This document shows, piece by piece, positions 8,506-18,405 of a DNA stretch of 56,331 nucleotides (position 1 is the stretch's first letter; each line of letters starts with the position of its first letter). The notes under the pieces were generated by a model, which was not told the origin of the DNA, did not search any database, and worked only from the letters and a program-made list of their open reading frames with translations. The stretch comes from a virus (lineage: Duplodnaviria > Caudoviricetes). The stretch is taken from the IMG/VR virus record IMGVR_UViG_3300030451_001708, positions 1 to 56,331 of that record. One strand, given 5' to 3'. The position numbers and the translations under genes were made by a program.

Positions 8506-8627
8506 TACGTCTTACCTTTTAAAACCTTTTTTAGTTTTTTAGCTTGATTGGCATGAGTCTTTGAGGCTTTGCTCAAACCCTTAATAACTTTCTTTACGGT
8601 AGCTTTTTTTCTTTTACTTAATGTCAT
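8505..8627 (-). CDS. 40-aa very basic protein (not in ORF track)
   Basis: MTLSKRKKATVKKVIKGLSKASKTHANQAKKLKKVLKGKT; fills the gap exactly with ATGA and TAATG overlaps. Confidence 0.7.
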   Translation of the reverse strand: MTLSKRKKATVKKVIKGLSKASKTHANQAKKLKKVLKGKT

Positions 8628-8893
8628 TCTTGTACAACCTCTTTATTTCCACAGACACGTTCATACACCATATCATCCATATAAGCTTCTGCCCATTTAT
8701 TTTCCGTGAAGGTACAAAAAGCCCATAAATCATTAACATCAGCATTTAAAAGATCTATGATGTCTTGCTGCGCTGATACTTGACCTTGAAGGTGTTCGAT
8801 ATCATGAACGATGTTGCTGATATACCACACCAAACCAACTAATTGCACTGCCATAGCAAAAACCAAAGCTACTGGTATCTTTAAATCACCCAT
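8624..8893 (-). CDS. Membrane-anchored coiled-coil protein (lysis-associated, possibly spanin-like)
   Basis: N-terminal TM helix, coiled coil and two Cys; within the lysis cassette. Confidence 0.5.
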   Translation of the reverse strand: MGDLKIPVALVFAMAVQLVGLVWYISNIVHDIEHLQGQVSAQQDIIDLLNADVNDLWAFCTFTENKWAEAYMDDMVYERVCGNKEVVQE

Positions 8894-8895
8894 TG

Positions 8896-9276
8896 TTACC
8901 TCTTAAAAAACTTTTGTATTCCTCTAACACCAAACGATGCAGAGATTGCTATGCCCAAGCTGTAAAAATACCAGTCTGGTGCTTTTGAAAGCTGTTCAAA
9001 ACCACGATCAACCCAACCCTCTGCACCTGGAATCCAACATAAAATTAATGGAATACTTAAAATAATTACAAAATATTCGTCTTTCCAACTCGATTGAGAA
9101 CCCTGTGCCATAATGCGTTCCCAGTCAGCGACTGAAGTTTCTTTACTAAGCATGATCTTAGCTTTAGCTTCCGCCTCTGTAAGTTTTAATTTTGCACTGG
9201 CAGCTTGTGCCTGTGACTTTGCATCAAGCCAACTTCCCGCTAAGTTAGCTATCGGTCCTATTAATGATTGTAGCAT
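8896..9276 (-). CDS. Holin-like membrane protein
   Basis: SWKDEY followed by TM helices and the ending ISASFGVRG; upstream of the endolysin. Confidence 0.7.
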   Translation of the reverse strand: MLQSLIGPIANLAGSWLDAKSQAQAASAKLKLTEAEAKAKIMLSKETSVADWERIMAQGSQSSWKDEYFVIILSIPLILCWIPGAEGWVDRGFEQLSKAPDWYFYSLGIAISASFGVRGIQKFFKR

Positions 9277-9623
9277 CAGTCTCCCTCCATCTGTATGCTA
9301 GATTTTTTATTTTCAGATTTTGCACTGTATGCATTGAACCCCATGAATGCAGCGACTACACCTGACGCAGCGATTACATATACACTTGCTATATCTGTTA
9401 TTAAACTTGCCGCTTTGTCAAATCCAAGTACTGAAGCAAGCAATATAATAAATGGATAGATCAACATTCCGGCTAGTGCAAAACCAGTAAACCGTCTTTC
9501 CGCGTTGCGCTTGAGATCTCGATCAACCATCTCAAGCCTGCGATCTTCTAAAGCAAGTCTGTTCCACTCTGCTTTTTCTATGACGCCATTGTTATTTAGA
9601 TCTGCTTTTTCAAACTCTGTCAT
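9276..9623 (-). CDS. Two-TM membrane protein with an N-terminal EF-hand-like loop (holin/antiholin candidate)
   Basis: ADLNNNGVIEKAE followed by two hydrophobic helices. Confidence 0.6.
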   Translation of the reverse strand: MTEFEKADLNNNGVIEKAEWNRLALEDRRLEMVDRDLKRNAERRFTGFALAGMLIYPFIILLASVLGFDKAASLITDIASVYVIAASGVVAAFMGFNAYSAKSENKKSSIQMEGD

Positions 9624-9736
9624 TTTAACAAAGACCTCGCATGTGCAATTGCCACTTTTTTATCTCGTGTCATTATAACAAGTTTCCCTTTTTTGTCATA
9701 CACAAAGTATTTTCCGCGACGCTCAATTAATATCAC
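9620..9736 (-). CDS. 38-aa protein (GTG start, not in ORF track)
   Basis: MILIERRGKYFVYDKKGKLVIMTRDKKVAIAHARSLLK; GTGA and ATGA overlaps on both sides. Confidence 0.6.
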   Translation of the reverse strand: MILIERRGKYFVYDKKGKLVIMTRDKKVAIAHARSLLK

Positions 9737-9894
9737 CGTTCTATTTTAATACATACCACTTTAGAGTTTTGATTAGTTACCAATACTTTAGCTTCTTTTT
9801 GTGCGACCTTACAGGCTTCTTCACTAGAGTAACTACCCACATGATAGTGATCAAAACTACCGCTGATTACTTGTAACCAAAGCAATATCCACAT
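9733..9894 (-). CDS. 53-aa protein with hydrophobic N-terminus and two Cys (not in ORF track)
   Basis: MWILLWLQVISGSFDHYHVGSYSSEEACKVAQKEAKVLVTNQNSKVVCIKIER; TAATG coupling. Confidence 0.65.
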   Translation of the reverse strand: MWILLWLQVISGSFDHYHVGSYSSEEACKVAQKEAKVLVTNQNSKVVCIKIER

Positions 9895-10370
9895 TACCAA
9901 CGCCCCTGCCATTTACCCCAAACGTAAAATGCAATGAATAATATGCCCCCACTTAGAGCAAATATTACCGCACCAATGGCAAAATTAATAAGACTATCTA
10001 TTTGAGCTTGCTTTCTATATAATTCATCTTTGCGTCTTTTACGCATCTGAGCCTCTATTGCCAGAACTTCATCCCAAGCAGACTTGCCATAGTGCCAAGT
10101 AATATGCTCTTTGATCTCTGCCCTCATATGCTCCATCTTTTTCTTATTAGCAAAGATTTCAAGAGCAGTTTCCTCGTCAGATCCTTTGAATGTTTGTTTC
10201 CACCACGGAGGATTCTTCTCTCGTTCTTCTAAATTACTAAAATCAGAAAAAGCTTTCCCCCATTGAGAAAGCTGTCCCGTCATTTCTTGTAAATCTTTTC
10301 CCGCCCCAATAGCACCTTTGAGTGCCTTAAAGGCTCCCGTCGCAAGGGCTACGCAGCTGACGGGGTCCAT
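9894..10370 (-). CDS. Membrane protein with a C-terminal TM helix
   Basis: MDPVSCVALATGAF...; coiled coil; C-terminal hydrophobic helix. Confidence 0.7.
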   Translation of the reverse strand: MDPVSCVALATGAFKALKGAIGAGKDLQEMTGQLSQWGKAFSDFSNLEEREKNPPWWKQTFKGSDEETALEIFANKKKMEHMRAEIKEHITWHYGKSAWDEVLAIEAQMRKRRKDELYRKQAQIDSLINFAIGAVIFALSGGILFIAFYVWGKWQGRW

Positions 10371-12845
10371 CTAAGCACCTCGTTGCATCTTCTGTCGTTG
10401 TACATCGATGCGCTCACGATTCACTGCGTTACGTTCGTCCGCAATTTCTTCTTGAGTTTCTAACCGAGCAGCGTCTGCTGCGGCTTGCTGTTGTAGTTTA
10501 GCCGCCTCTAATGAAAGCTTGTTCTGATCGTTCTGTACATCTGCCTGAAGCTCTGCTTGTTTCAAGCCAAGCTCTTGCATACGAAGTTGAACTAATGGAT
10601 CTGCCGCCGGATTTGGTGGTGGAGGTGTAATCATCTGAGCAACTTGTTGAACAATAGTTTGCTGTATTTGAGCTACAACTCGAGCCATGCCATTTGGATC
10701 TTGCATCTGCATTTCCAATTGTTGCATTTGCATCTGAGCTTCTTCAGGAAGTATACCTCCAGTTTGCACGAGAAGGTCCAGTTGTTGCATCTGTTGTTGT
10801 ATTTGCTGCATGGCTTGTTCTTGTGCCAACAGAGATATGTGTTCTTGCAAGTGACCGTATAGTGCACCCTGTGCTGGAGCGGATGCCATGATCAATGGTG
10901 TTTTTAAGAACGCCACATGCGCCATAATATGCGCGTTGTGATCCTGACCATCAAACGCTTGAATGGTTGTGCCTTTTATAACTAGAGCATTTTCCAAAGC
11001 CGGATCTGTTGGTTGCGGTTGTGGTTTCGGAGGCAACACCTCATCTATGTTTTGAATCTCCAAAGCTTGGTACATACGACGATACGCTGCGTGTAAGTTG
11101 TGCATCTGTGGATTAGATTGGGCAAGCTGTAGTTGACTTTGTGCTAAAGACACACGTTGTGCCATAGAAAAGATGTTTGGATCACTGACGGGCAGGATAT
11201 CGACCCGTCCGTCAAAGTCTGTAACCTTTATGGCAGAGTCTGCATTTGCCACTGGGTATGGGTATGCCTCTGGTAAATTTTCTGCAATGATCCGTGCCAG
11301 AATACGAAACTCGTTTTTCTGTGCGTAGTGTAGCCTTTTGTGAATCGCTGACATAACTTTCATGCCGCGCTCTAACATAGCCACTGTAGTCCCTACAGGC
11401 ATCTCCTGATTCATGTTACTTACAGCATTGTCCGCAACTGAAACAAATCTTCTTCCGCCCTCTACGAGTGCTCCCAAAAGCTGTGCGAGTGTGCCCGATG
11501 GTTCTTTGTACGGTAACGGAATAATTGAATCCCGTATGTTTCCTCCCGGTGCATCAATATCCCGCCACTCACCCGGCTGCAAAGGTTCATCATCGTTGCG
11601 AACCCTTACGCCTCTAGCCTTGAATCCTGCTGGGAGGTTTGCAAGAGTTCCTGCATCGATCAATTGTCGGAGGAGACTCGTTGCTGCACGACCAAGGCCA
11701 CCAATCATGTGGGTCAAACCAAAGCCATAGAAACCTAGACCTGGCATGAATTTGTAGTGAACAAAGTATTGAATCTTTTGTTTGAAAGGATCGCCCTCCA
11801 TATAGTTCCTACGAATAGCAAGAATCTTAGAACTATCCCGATCCAGTGTTACAATGTATGGTAGTTTAATCCCTGTTGGCTCTCCGCTTTCGTCAACGTC
11901 CTCAAAACCCTCAAGATCCAAATCAATGTGCATCTCTAGAATTGTTCTAACGTCATCTGTGTAAGACTTCGATGTGCCCTGTATTTCGTCAACTTTCTGA
12001 CGCACAGGGTTTTCCTCTTGATCTCCTGCGTTAGAAAGCTCCACATCCCTGTACATTCCCATGACTTGCTGCTTACGCAAATCGTTGTCTGACATCTTCA
12101 GAACATGCGTAATCCGTGGTGCGGTAGCCAAATCACTGGCAGAATACGGTACAACTACGTCTTGCGCTGGAACGAACTTAGCAACAGGTCTGTTGCGAAC
12201 GGAGTCATAGTATACTTTCTTAAAGGTAGAACCAGACAACGGTAGGTAAAACAGTAACTGATCCATGTCTGGATCAAACTCCTCCATCTCCTCCATGATT
12301 AAATAGTTCATATAATCCTTGACACGTTTGGCTTGTGCCTCGGTCTCTTGGTTCTGTATTCCTGCGATCCTCGTTTTTACAGGTCCACCCGCAGGTAATA
12401 GTTCCTTATATGCTTGCGCTTGGAACTGTGTGACACTCTCCGAAATCAACGGATGTGTTACACCACTAGCACCCTGAAAAGGTTCCGAACGCTCAATCGT
12501 CTTGACGCCCAATAGATCAAGACCCTTGGTGTAAGTTTCTTCCCACTCGTCTCTCGATTCATTGTCGTCTTCAAACGAGGCCAATAGATCACTGGCAATC
12601 TCACCCATGTCACTTTCGTTGAGAAACTCAGCAAGGTTGGCATCAAACGGAATCATCTGCTCTGCTACCTCGCCAACCAATGCTTCTGCTAAAGCTTGCA
12701 CAATCGCCCCGCCGTCACCGTCTGGTATGACTTCCGCTCCGTTCTCAAACATCTCTACTTGGGCTACGGGGACTTCAACCGACACTTCGTCAGCTACCAT
12801 GTCCTCGGCTCTGATTCCTGAATCTACTAGAGGTGGGATTGCCAT
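10371..12845 (-). CDS. Portal protein
   Basis: 824 aa directly downstream of TerL; HPLISESV, GSTFKKVYYD, GFYGFGL; Gln-rich helical C-terminal region. Confidence 0.85.
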   Translation of the reverse strand: MAIPPLVDSGIRAEDMVADEVSVEVPVAQVEMFENGAEVIPDGDGGAIVQALAEALVGEVAEQMIPFDANLAEFLNESDMGEIASDLLASFEDDNESRDEWEETYTKGLDLLGVKTIERSEPFQGASGVTHPLISESVTQFQAQAYKELLPAGGPVKTRIAGIQNQETEAQAKRVKDYMNYLIMEEMEEFDPDMDQLLFYLPLSGSTFKKVYYDSVRNRPVAKFVPAQDVVVPYSASDLATAPRITHVLKMSDNDLRKQQVMGMYRDVELSNAGDQEENPVRQKVDEIQGTSKSYTDDVRTILEMHIDLDLEGFEDVDESGEPTGIKLPYIVTLDRDSSKILAIRRNYMEGDPFKQKIQYFVHYKFMPGLGFYGFGLTHMIGGLGRAATSLLRQLIDAGTLANLPAGFKARGVRVRNDDEPLQPGEWRDIDAPGGNIRDSIIPLPYKEPSGTLAQLLGALVEGGRRFVSVADNAVSNMNQEMPVGTTVAMLERGMKVMSAIHKRLHYAQKNEFRILARIIAENLPEAYPYPVANADSAIKVTDFDGRVDILPVSDPNIFSMAQRVSLAQSQLQLAQSNPQMHNLHAAYRRMYQALEIQNIDEVLPPKPQPQPTDPALENALVIKGTTIQAFDGQDHNAHIMAHVAFLKTPLIMASAPAQGALYGHLQEHISLLAQEQAMQQIQQQMQQLDLLVQTGGILPEEAQMQMQQLEMQMQDPNGMARVVAQIQQTIVQQVAQMITPPPPNPAADPLVQLRMQELGLKQAELQADVQNDQNKLSLEAAKLQQQAAADAARLETQEEIADERNAVNRERIDVQRQKMQRGA

Positions 12846-14308
12846 CAGTAATACTCCTTAATACGAGGAATCTCCATCTGTTCCTCGCGTTCATTTTGCA
12901 GAGATATAAAACCACCCTGCCTAAATCGCATCAATGCTAATGTCATACTATCACAAAAGTCATCATGATCGCCATTAGGAAATGAAACAACTTCTTCAAT
13001 AACTTCATCCGCAAACTTTTTGTCTACTGGTGCCCATACTACACCAGCTTCGAACAATGGCGCAACCATGTGCATACGAGTAATTTTATCTTTTCCTTTG
13101 CCTGGTGAAAACCCTAACGCCGGAATCCCACGTAACCGCAGCTCGTCAATCAGTGGCATACCCGTCGCTTTTGCCTCCACAAGCACCATGTCTGGCTCCC
13201 AATACTCGTGTTCGTCGTAGGCAACCTCCTTGAGTTCAGGAAAGTTCCACCTTCCGCGCCGTGCGTCCATTAATATAATCTGTTCAGGGCCACCTTCCTC
13301 TGGATAAAAGATGCCCCACGTTGTAATCGCGCTGTAATCCGCTGTTTCTTTCTTGGAAAACGCCGTGTCATACGCCTGAATGATGTAATTTACAGGCGGA
13401 ATCTTTTCTTTTTCCCATGGTTGCCACCATTCTCGCTTAACTATGGCAGATTCGGACGTTGTCGGCGTTTGTTGCCACTGTGCGTTCCATTTTCCTACAG
13501 GTAACGACGCTTTGATGGACAACAATGCGTCTTTTTCCCAAAATTCAGGCCACAATGGCTTGTCTGACGGCAGAATCGCAGGAAACTCTATCACTTCCCA
13601 CTGATCTGCCATGACATCGCTGCCCTGATTGTTGATCAAACGCCCTGTCAAGTCTTTTTTACCCCATCGAGTCATAACAATTATGATCGCACCACCTGGT
13701 TGAAGCCTCTGACGAGGTCCAGAAGTGTACCATTCGTATGCATGATCGAATGCAGTCTCGCTTAACGCATCTTGTTCCGAATGAGGGTCGTCAATAACGA
13801 ATAAATCCGCGCCACGACCCGTAACGGCTGCGCCCACACCCGCCGCGAAGTACTCGCCGCCTCTGCTTGTACCCCATTTACCTGCACCTTTGTTGTCTTC
13901 TTTGAGAACCGTGTCTGGAAATATCTCTTTATACGCCGGATCATCGATCAAATCCCTCACTTTCCTACCAAAACGCACCGCAAGTTCCGTGTTGTGCGTC
14001 GCTTGAATAATTTTTAACTTCGGATTGCGACCCAAAAACCACGCAGGCATCAAATAACTGGCAAATTCTGACTTAGAATGACGCGGTGGCATATTAATTA
14101 TAAGCCTCTTGAGTGTACCTTGTGCAACCTGCTCAAGTTTTTCCGCTATGATCCTATGATGATGCCCCTCAATGAAGTTTTCATAGACGTGATGCGCGAA
14201 CGGCATAAAATGTTCCTGCGCTTCCTCGCGCAGCTCAAGTTTTTTCTTGGCCTCCGTTAGTGCCAAGATTTCTTTTAACGCTTCCTCTGGTAGTGCTTGT
14301 AGATTCAT
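12845..14308 (-). CDS. terL: Terminase large subunit
   Basis: INMPPRHSKS (Walker A), FVIDDPH (Walker B), IVMTRW, and nuclease motifs AYDTAF and HDDFCDS. Confidence 0.95.
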   Translation of the reverse strand: MNLQALPEEALKEILALTEAKKKLELREEAQEHFMPFAHHVYENFIEGHHHRIIAEKLEQVAQGTLKRLIINMPPRHSKSEFASYLMPAWFLGRNPKLKIIQATHNTELAVRFGRKVRDLIDDPAYKEIFPDTVLKEDNKGAGKWGTSRGGEYFAAGVGAAVTGRGADLFVIDDPHSEQDALSETAFDHAYEWYTSGPRQRLQPGGAIIIVMTRWGKKDLTGRLINNQGSDVMADQWEVIEFPAILPSDKPLWPEFWEKDALLSIKASLPVGKWNAQWQQTPTTSESAIVKREWWQPWEKEKIPPVNYIIQAYDTAFSKKETADYSAITTWGIFYPEEGGPEQIILMDARRGRWNFPELKEVAYDEHEYWEPDMVLVEAKATGMPLIDELRLRGIPALGFSPGKGKDKITRMHMVAPLFEAGVVWAPVDKKFADEVIEEVVSFPNGDHDDFCDSMTLALMRFRQGGFISLQNEREEQMEIPRIKEYY

Positions 14309-14763
14309 ATGTCCTTCCGATAAAATCCACCCTGATACTCAAAGTCCATCCGCTCCATAAGCTTGCCAACTCTGTCAGATCTGTAATTAGAACCCAACGT
14401 CGTGAACACAATGCTCCCACCGTGCATCTTGACCCATGCCTCAAACTGTTTCAAGAGCCGAGGCCCAACCATCGTGTTCCGGCAGCTAGGGTCTACATAC
14501 CAAACGCAATCGTATCCCGCAACTTCCTCCGTGAAAAACGGCTGCTCCAAATACCCAAACAATATCCCAACAACCCTGCCGCCCTTCAACGCTATGTTCG
14601 CAAAGTAATTAGAATCTAACATACATCGCATCGCCTCAGATGCCGTCCGCTCTACACTAAACGGAATGTTTGAGAATGCCGTCTCCTCGTGCATCTTCTC
14701 TCCAAGCTCCACTATTCCCTTTAGATCTTGGGGCGCGGCCCTGCGATACTCGGTCTTAGACAA
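14305..14763 (-). CDS. GNAT-family acetyltransferase
   Basis: YRRAAPQDL, VVGILFG, WYVDPSCRNTMVGPRLLKQFEAW, LMERMDF. Confidence 0.8.
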   Translation of the reverse strand: MSKTEYRRAAPQDLKGIVELGEKMHEETAFSNIPFSVERTASEAMRCMLDSNYFANIALKGGRVVGILFGYLEQPFFTEEVAGYDCVWYVDPSCRNTMVGPRLLKQFEAWVKMHGGSIVFTTLGSNYRSDRVGKLMERMDFEYQGGFYRKDI

Positions 14764-15247
14764 GAGGATATAACTGCCCTGGATTGCCCGTTTGCATCTG
14801 CATGTTCTGTCTTTGGATGTTCAACAGTTGATCCTGCGCTGTCGGTAAAGACATAATCCCTTGAGGTCTAGGCTGTCCACCACCATACATCCCCGCAGTT
14901 GGAGGCATCCCAGTCACCGCACCCGTCGCCATATCATAATTATCCAACGCACCAGGTACAGACAATACACCCTGCCCCTGCATCTGCTGACGATATTGCT
15001 CCGCCGCCTGCGGTCCCCGAGTCCGACGAATCGTGTCCATCGTCGCACGGTAATAATCATCCGTCCGATCCCGTAAACCCAAACCCATCAACAAACTGTT
15101 CATAAAACCTACGTCAGCATCACCGTCGTTAGCCTCGTTGTTGCTAGAACCACCCATGTTGGCACTCGAACCTTGACCCCCGGACCCTGAAAACAAGTTT
15201 CTAAAAAAATCAGCTATTGGGTTGGACTGTTGTTCTTCGTTTTCCAT
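14756..15247 (-). CDS. Gly/Gln/Met-rich protein, probably an internal virion protein
   Basis: Low-complexity composition; QGIMSL and GMYGGG motifs. Confidence 0.65.
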   Translation of the reverse strand: MENEEQQSNPIADFFRNLFSGSGGQGSSANMGGSSNNEANDGDADVGFMNSLLMGLGLRDRTDDYYRATMDTIRRTRGPQAAEQYRQQMQGQGVLSVPGALDNYDMATGAVTGMPPTAGMYGGGQPRPQGIMSLPTAQDQLLNIQRQNMQMQTGNPGQLYPLV

Positions 15248-15259
15248 TCTGTATCCTTT

Positions 15260-17647
15260 CTACCTTACCATTCCATTGCCAGGTGCCGACATCACACCGC
15301 TTCTTAGTTTTACTTGTCCACCCGTCTTAAATGCGTAAACGCCCTTATCGGGATTGCGAAATATTTCTTTTAACTCATCCGTAAGCTCAATACCTCGAAC
15401 AACATGCGGCTCTCCGTCAGTGCCCTGAATTGTTTGTGTCTTGAGTCTCGGAAGTTTGACCTTGTTTTCTTTTTCTAATCTAGCAAGCAAGTTATTAAAG
15501 GTCTTCGGAACGATCTCGTCGTAGTATTCTTGTTGACCCTCCAAAGTACCGCCCGTCATGCTATATGCCATGTCGCCAGTGCCAATCGTTAAAAAGTCCG
15601 CGTCTTCTAACGTAATCGCCTGATCCAATGCATGTTTTAACGCAATCGTCGTCGTTTTATCCGTTGTATATAAAGAACCAATCCCTATGTCGTCTACCGT
15701 GTTAGGACCGTAAGTTTGAGAAAGTAATTCGTTTATTTGACTTATAGTCTGGTCTCGAGCAAAAATGCCTTGGTCTTCTCTCAAGAGGTTTTCAACTTTG
15801 CGCTGATACTCCAGTGCGTCTTCAAAAGTTTTAAAACCATAGTCTTTAGACTCTAATGCCTTTTCAATTTTAACTTTAGTGTTTGCTAAAAACCTTTCAT
15901 GATCCTCTAAGCTAACTCCCGTTCGATCCCGAGCTTTTCTCGGATCATAATTTGGATCGTTCTTTAAGTTATTAACAACAAGTTCTATGTCCTTATACTC
16001 TGTAACCGCGTCAAGTAGTGTCTTGCTTTTACCAGAACCATCTTCAAACAAAGGCACATATGCAAAGTCCGATAACTTTTGCGGACCGCCAAAATCTTCC
16101 TCTATTCTATTACGACTCTTGCGAAGTAATCTCGCATCTTGTGTCGCCTGACTCTGGATCTCGCCTACATGAAAAGCTTTGCCGAGTCCGTCGGGGTTTG
16201 GTTCACCAATAGTACCAAAGCGTCGGTCAACAACGTCAAACAGTGCACTGCGTAAATGAACAACAGACGGCCCACCCGCATCCGATTGAGTTGTGGAAAA
16301 GTGCATCATGTCCGATGCGACAGATGTCCGACCTATCTTTGGATTGTCTAACGTAATAACCGTTTCCGAGTATTTTCTTCCCCCAGGAGTGAAGTGTTGA
16401 GCATACGCAGTGTTAGGTCCAGTATGCACGGTGACCTTTAAAGGTTGTCCTCCGCCAATCCCTTGCTTACCTATTAAACTTTCCGCATCAAACTTGCCCG
16501 AAGGTAAACTTTCTTCTGTTAAATCTCTAGCTTGTAACTCCGCCTCAGTTACCCCTTTGTTCCTAAGAAAGTTCAAAAAGTCCGCTGCGCTTCCAAACTT
16601 GGTCTGCTTTAAACCCTGCACTACCTCTGCATATTTAGACTTAAACGGCGTAACAGCATCCATAAGCGGATATTGATAACTCTTAGCAGGATCAACTATC
16701 ATCTCGGCGTCTACCGCTTGAACAGCCGCTTGAACATCTGCCATATTCATAAAACGATCTACGTGATCTAAATCATTTGCAGGCATCCCTATATCTGAAA
16801 GAATGCCCAACCGAACCCTGTTTGCATCCTCAACTGACATGTACGTGTCTAAAAGATCAAGACTTCCTTCCATAAGCTCCATTATCATCTCACCACGTAT
16901 GTCGTCATTCGTGTTTCTAAACCGTTGAACAAAATCATCGTAGTTAGCTCGTTCAAAAATACTTTGCGGTCCGTCCGCTGCACTGAAAATTAAACCACGC
17001 TCAATGTCTATCCCAACATCTTCCGTTGGAAAATCGCCATCTTCCAGTGCCTCTAAATTTATGCCGTATTCCCTGTAGTTTGGGTTGTTTGCAGTGGTGG
17101 GAGCGTTCAAGTCTATAAGACCATCACCCTCACCACCTAATTCCTCACGAAGATCATCGTAGTCTCTTGGTGCCGGACCTATATCCTGTACCTCGTTGAG
17201 TAAATTATCATCAATCACCGTGGGCGGAGCAAAAGGAACCTCGCCCTCCGCAAGTTGCATGGGTCGTGGTACAAGATCCTCAGTGGGAACAAGAGTCTCT
17301 ATGCCCACGGGTGAAGGCACATCAGCCTGTGGTACATCTGGATCAACGCCCGTAAACGTAGAAGTCAAAATCTGTTTCGTAGGCTGCGTCAAATACCTTC
17401 CAATCCCAACCCCTAAAAGAGCTTCTAACGGTCCCATCCCCGCCTCAACAAGATCCATAGTCTCACGCTGCCCAGTCGGAGAATACTTCTCAGGCTCCGC
17501 GTACCTCGCAGCGGCGTCCCTAGGACGAGCAAACAAACTTACAAAAGGATTCAAATTAGAAAGATCATTGAGTCCCAGACCTCGGGCCAAGGGCCTTAAA
17601 CCTAGGGGAATGCCTTTTTCTATGTCAATGGTGTATCTGTCAGCCAT
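15260..17647 (-). CDS. 795-aa protein with a polyvalent-protein-like EIQS domain; probably injected
   Basis: GVTEAEL, PGGRKYSE, HF...VVHLR, VGEIQS, YYDEIVP series; C-terminal AFKTGGQV and SGVMS. Confidence 0.6.
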   Translation of the reverse strand: MADRYTIDIEKGIPLGLRPLARGLGLNDLSNLNPFVSLFARPRDAAARYAEPEKYSPTGQRETMDLVEAGMGPLEALLGVGIGRYLTQPTKQILTSTFTGVDPDVPQADVPSPVGIETLVPTEDLVPRPMQLAEGEVPFAPPTVIDDNLLNEVQDIGPAPRDYDDLREELGGEGDGLIDLNAPTTANNPNYREYGINLEALEDGDFPTEDVGIDIERGLIFSAADGPQSIFERANYDDFVQRFRNTNDDIRGEMIMELMEGSLDLLDTYMSVEDANRVRLGILSDIGMPANDLDHVDRFMNMADVQAAVQAVDAEMIVDPAKSYQYPLMDAVTPFKSKYAEVVQGLKQTKFGSAADFLNFLRNKGVTEAELQARDLTEESLPSGKFDAESLIGKQGIGGGQPLKVTVHTGPNTAYAQHFTPGGRKYSETVITLDNPKIGRTSVASDMMHFSTTQSDAGGPSVVHLRSALFDVVDRRFGTIGEPNPDGLGKAFHVGEIQSQATQDARLLRKSRNRIEEDFGGPQKLSDFAYVPLFEDGSGKSKTLLDAVTEYKDIELVVNNLKNDPNYDPRKARDRTGVSLEDHERFLANTKVKIEKALESKDYGFKTFEDALEYQRKVENLLREDQGIFARDQTISQINELLSQTYGPNTVDDIGIGSLYTTDKTTTIALKHALDQAITLEDADFLTIGTGDMAYSMTGGTLEGQQEYYDEIVPKTFNNLLARLEKENKVKLPRLKTQTIQGTDGEPHVVRGIELTDELKEIFRNPDKGVYAFKTGGQVKLRSGVMSAPGNGMVR

Positions 17648-17649
17648 GT

Positions 17650-18400
17650 CGGCACTTTACAATAAACCCAAATGAAAATATAGGGGCAATTTTTTTCGGG
17701 GCATAGAGAACCTACTTGTGTTCTACTTACAAGTGCAATGGAATTACCCCCGAATGAATTTATCAAACTAACATTATAAGGCAGAGGAGAGCGCACGACC
17801 CCACGTTTAGGGGGGTTAGGGGTCAGTTTGTGCTCGAACAGTCGTAAAGCAAACGTCGCAGTAACCCCTAGCTTGCTAAAGAACCGTTGCACCCAGATCC
17901 TTGCGCTGTCCACGGCAGACAAGCTTTCTCCAATGTGACGGGACATAACATTACACTACCGACTTTGGAACAAAGCTCGTTCGTTCCATGTGATGTCAGC
18001 GTACATCGGAGCCTCTTTGGAGCTTGTCCAGTCCGTGTACGTGCGCCCGTTGCTCACACACACAGGAACCCCCGTGCGGACTGTGCTCAAGGCGCGTGCC
18101 ATAAAAAAATGATGTGTCGTCAACCCCTTCCAAGTATTCAGGGGTCGGAAGGTCCCGGTTATTCGTAACATCATGCGAACCTGTACGTGACGTCATCAAG
18201 CCTAAAAACAGAGCCATCGGGTCTCTGTTTTTTTAACGGTTGTGACGTGCACATCCAGAACCGATGACGTAACGAAAACCGTCGCTTCACTGACTACCCG
18301 ATCGGGGACGATCGGCTTCCTTGACCACACGATCATTTTTATGAAAACCCATTGGCACATGCACGACGATTCTGTGGTGTGTGTAATAGCCGAAAGGAGA
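17650..18400. other. Large non-coding divergent region; candidate genome end or packaging site
   Basis: About 750 bp with no convincing gene, a strand switch, G tracts and hairpins, upstream of the terL/portal operon. Confidence 0.55.
18204..18234. terminator. Terminator-like hairpin, potentially bidirectional
   Basis: AAAAACAGAG-ccatcgggt-CTCTGTTTTTTT. Confidence 0.55.
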
Positions 18401-18405
18401 TACAA

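Noticed and set aside
6872-12845. GG-like strings in GroES (FKIDGGEV) and portal (VQTGGIL) as members of the shared motif
   Set aside because: Spacing or flanking residues differ from the consensus; treated as chance matches.
17807-17822. TTAGGG telomere-like repeat or G-quadruplex
   Set aside because: Only two units; better explained as part of a local stem-loop.
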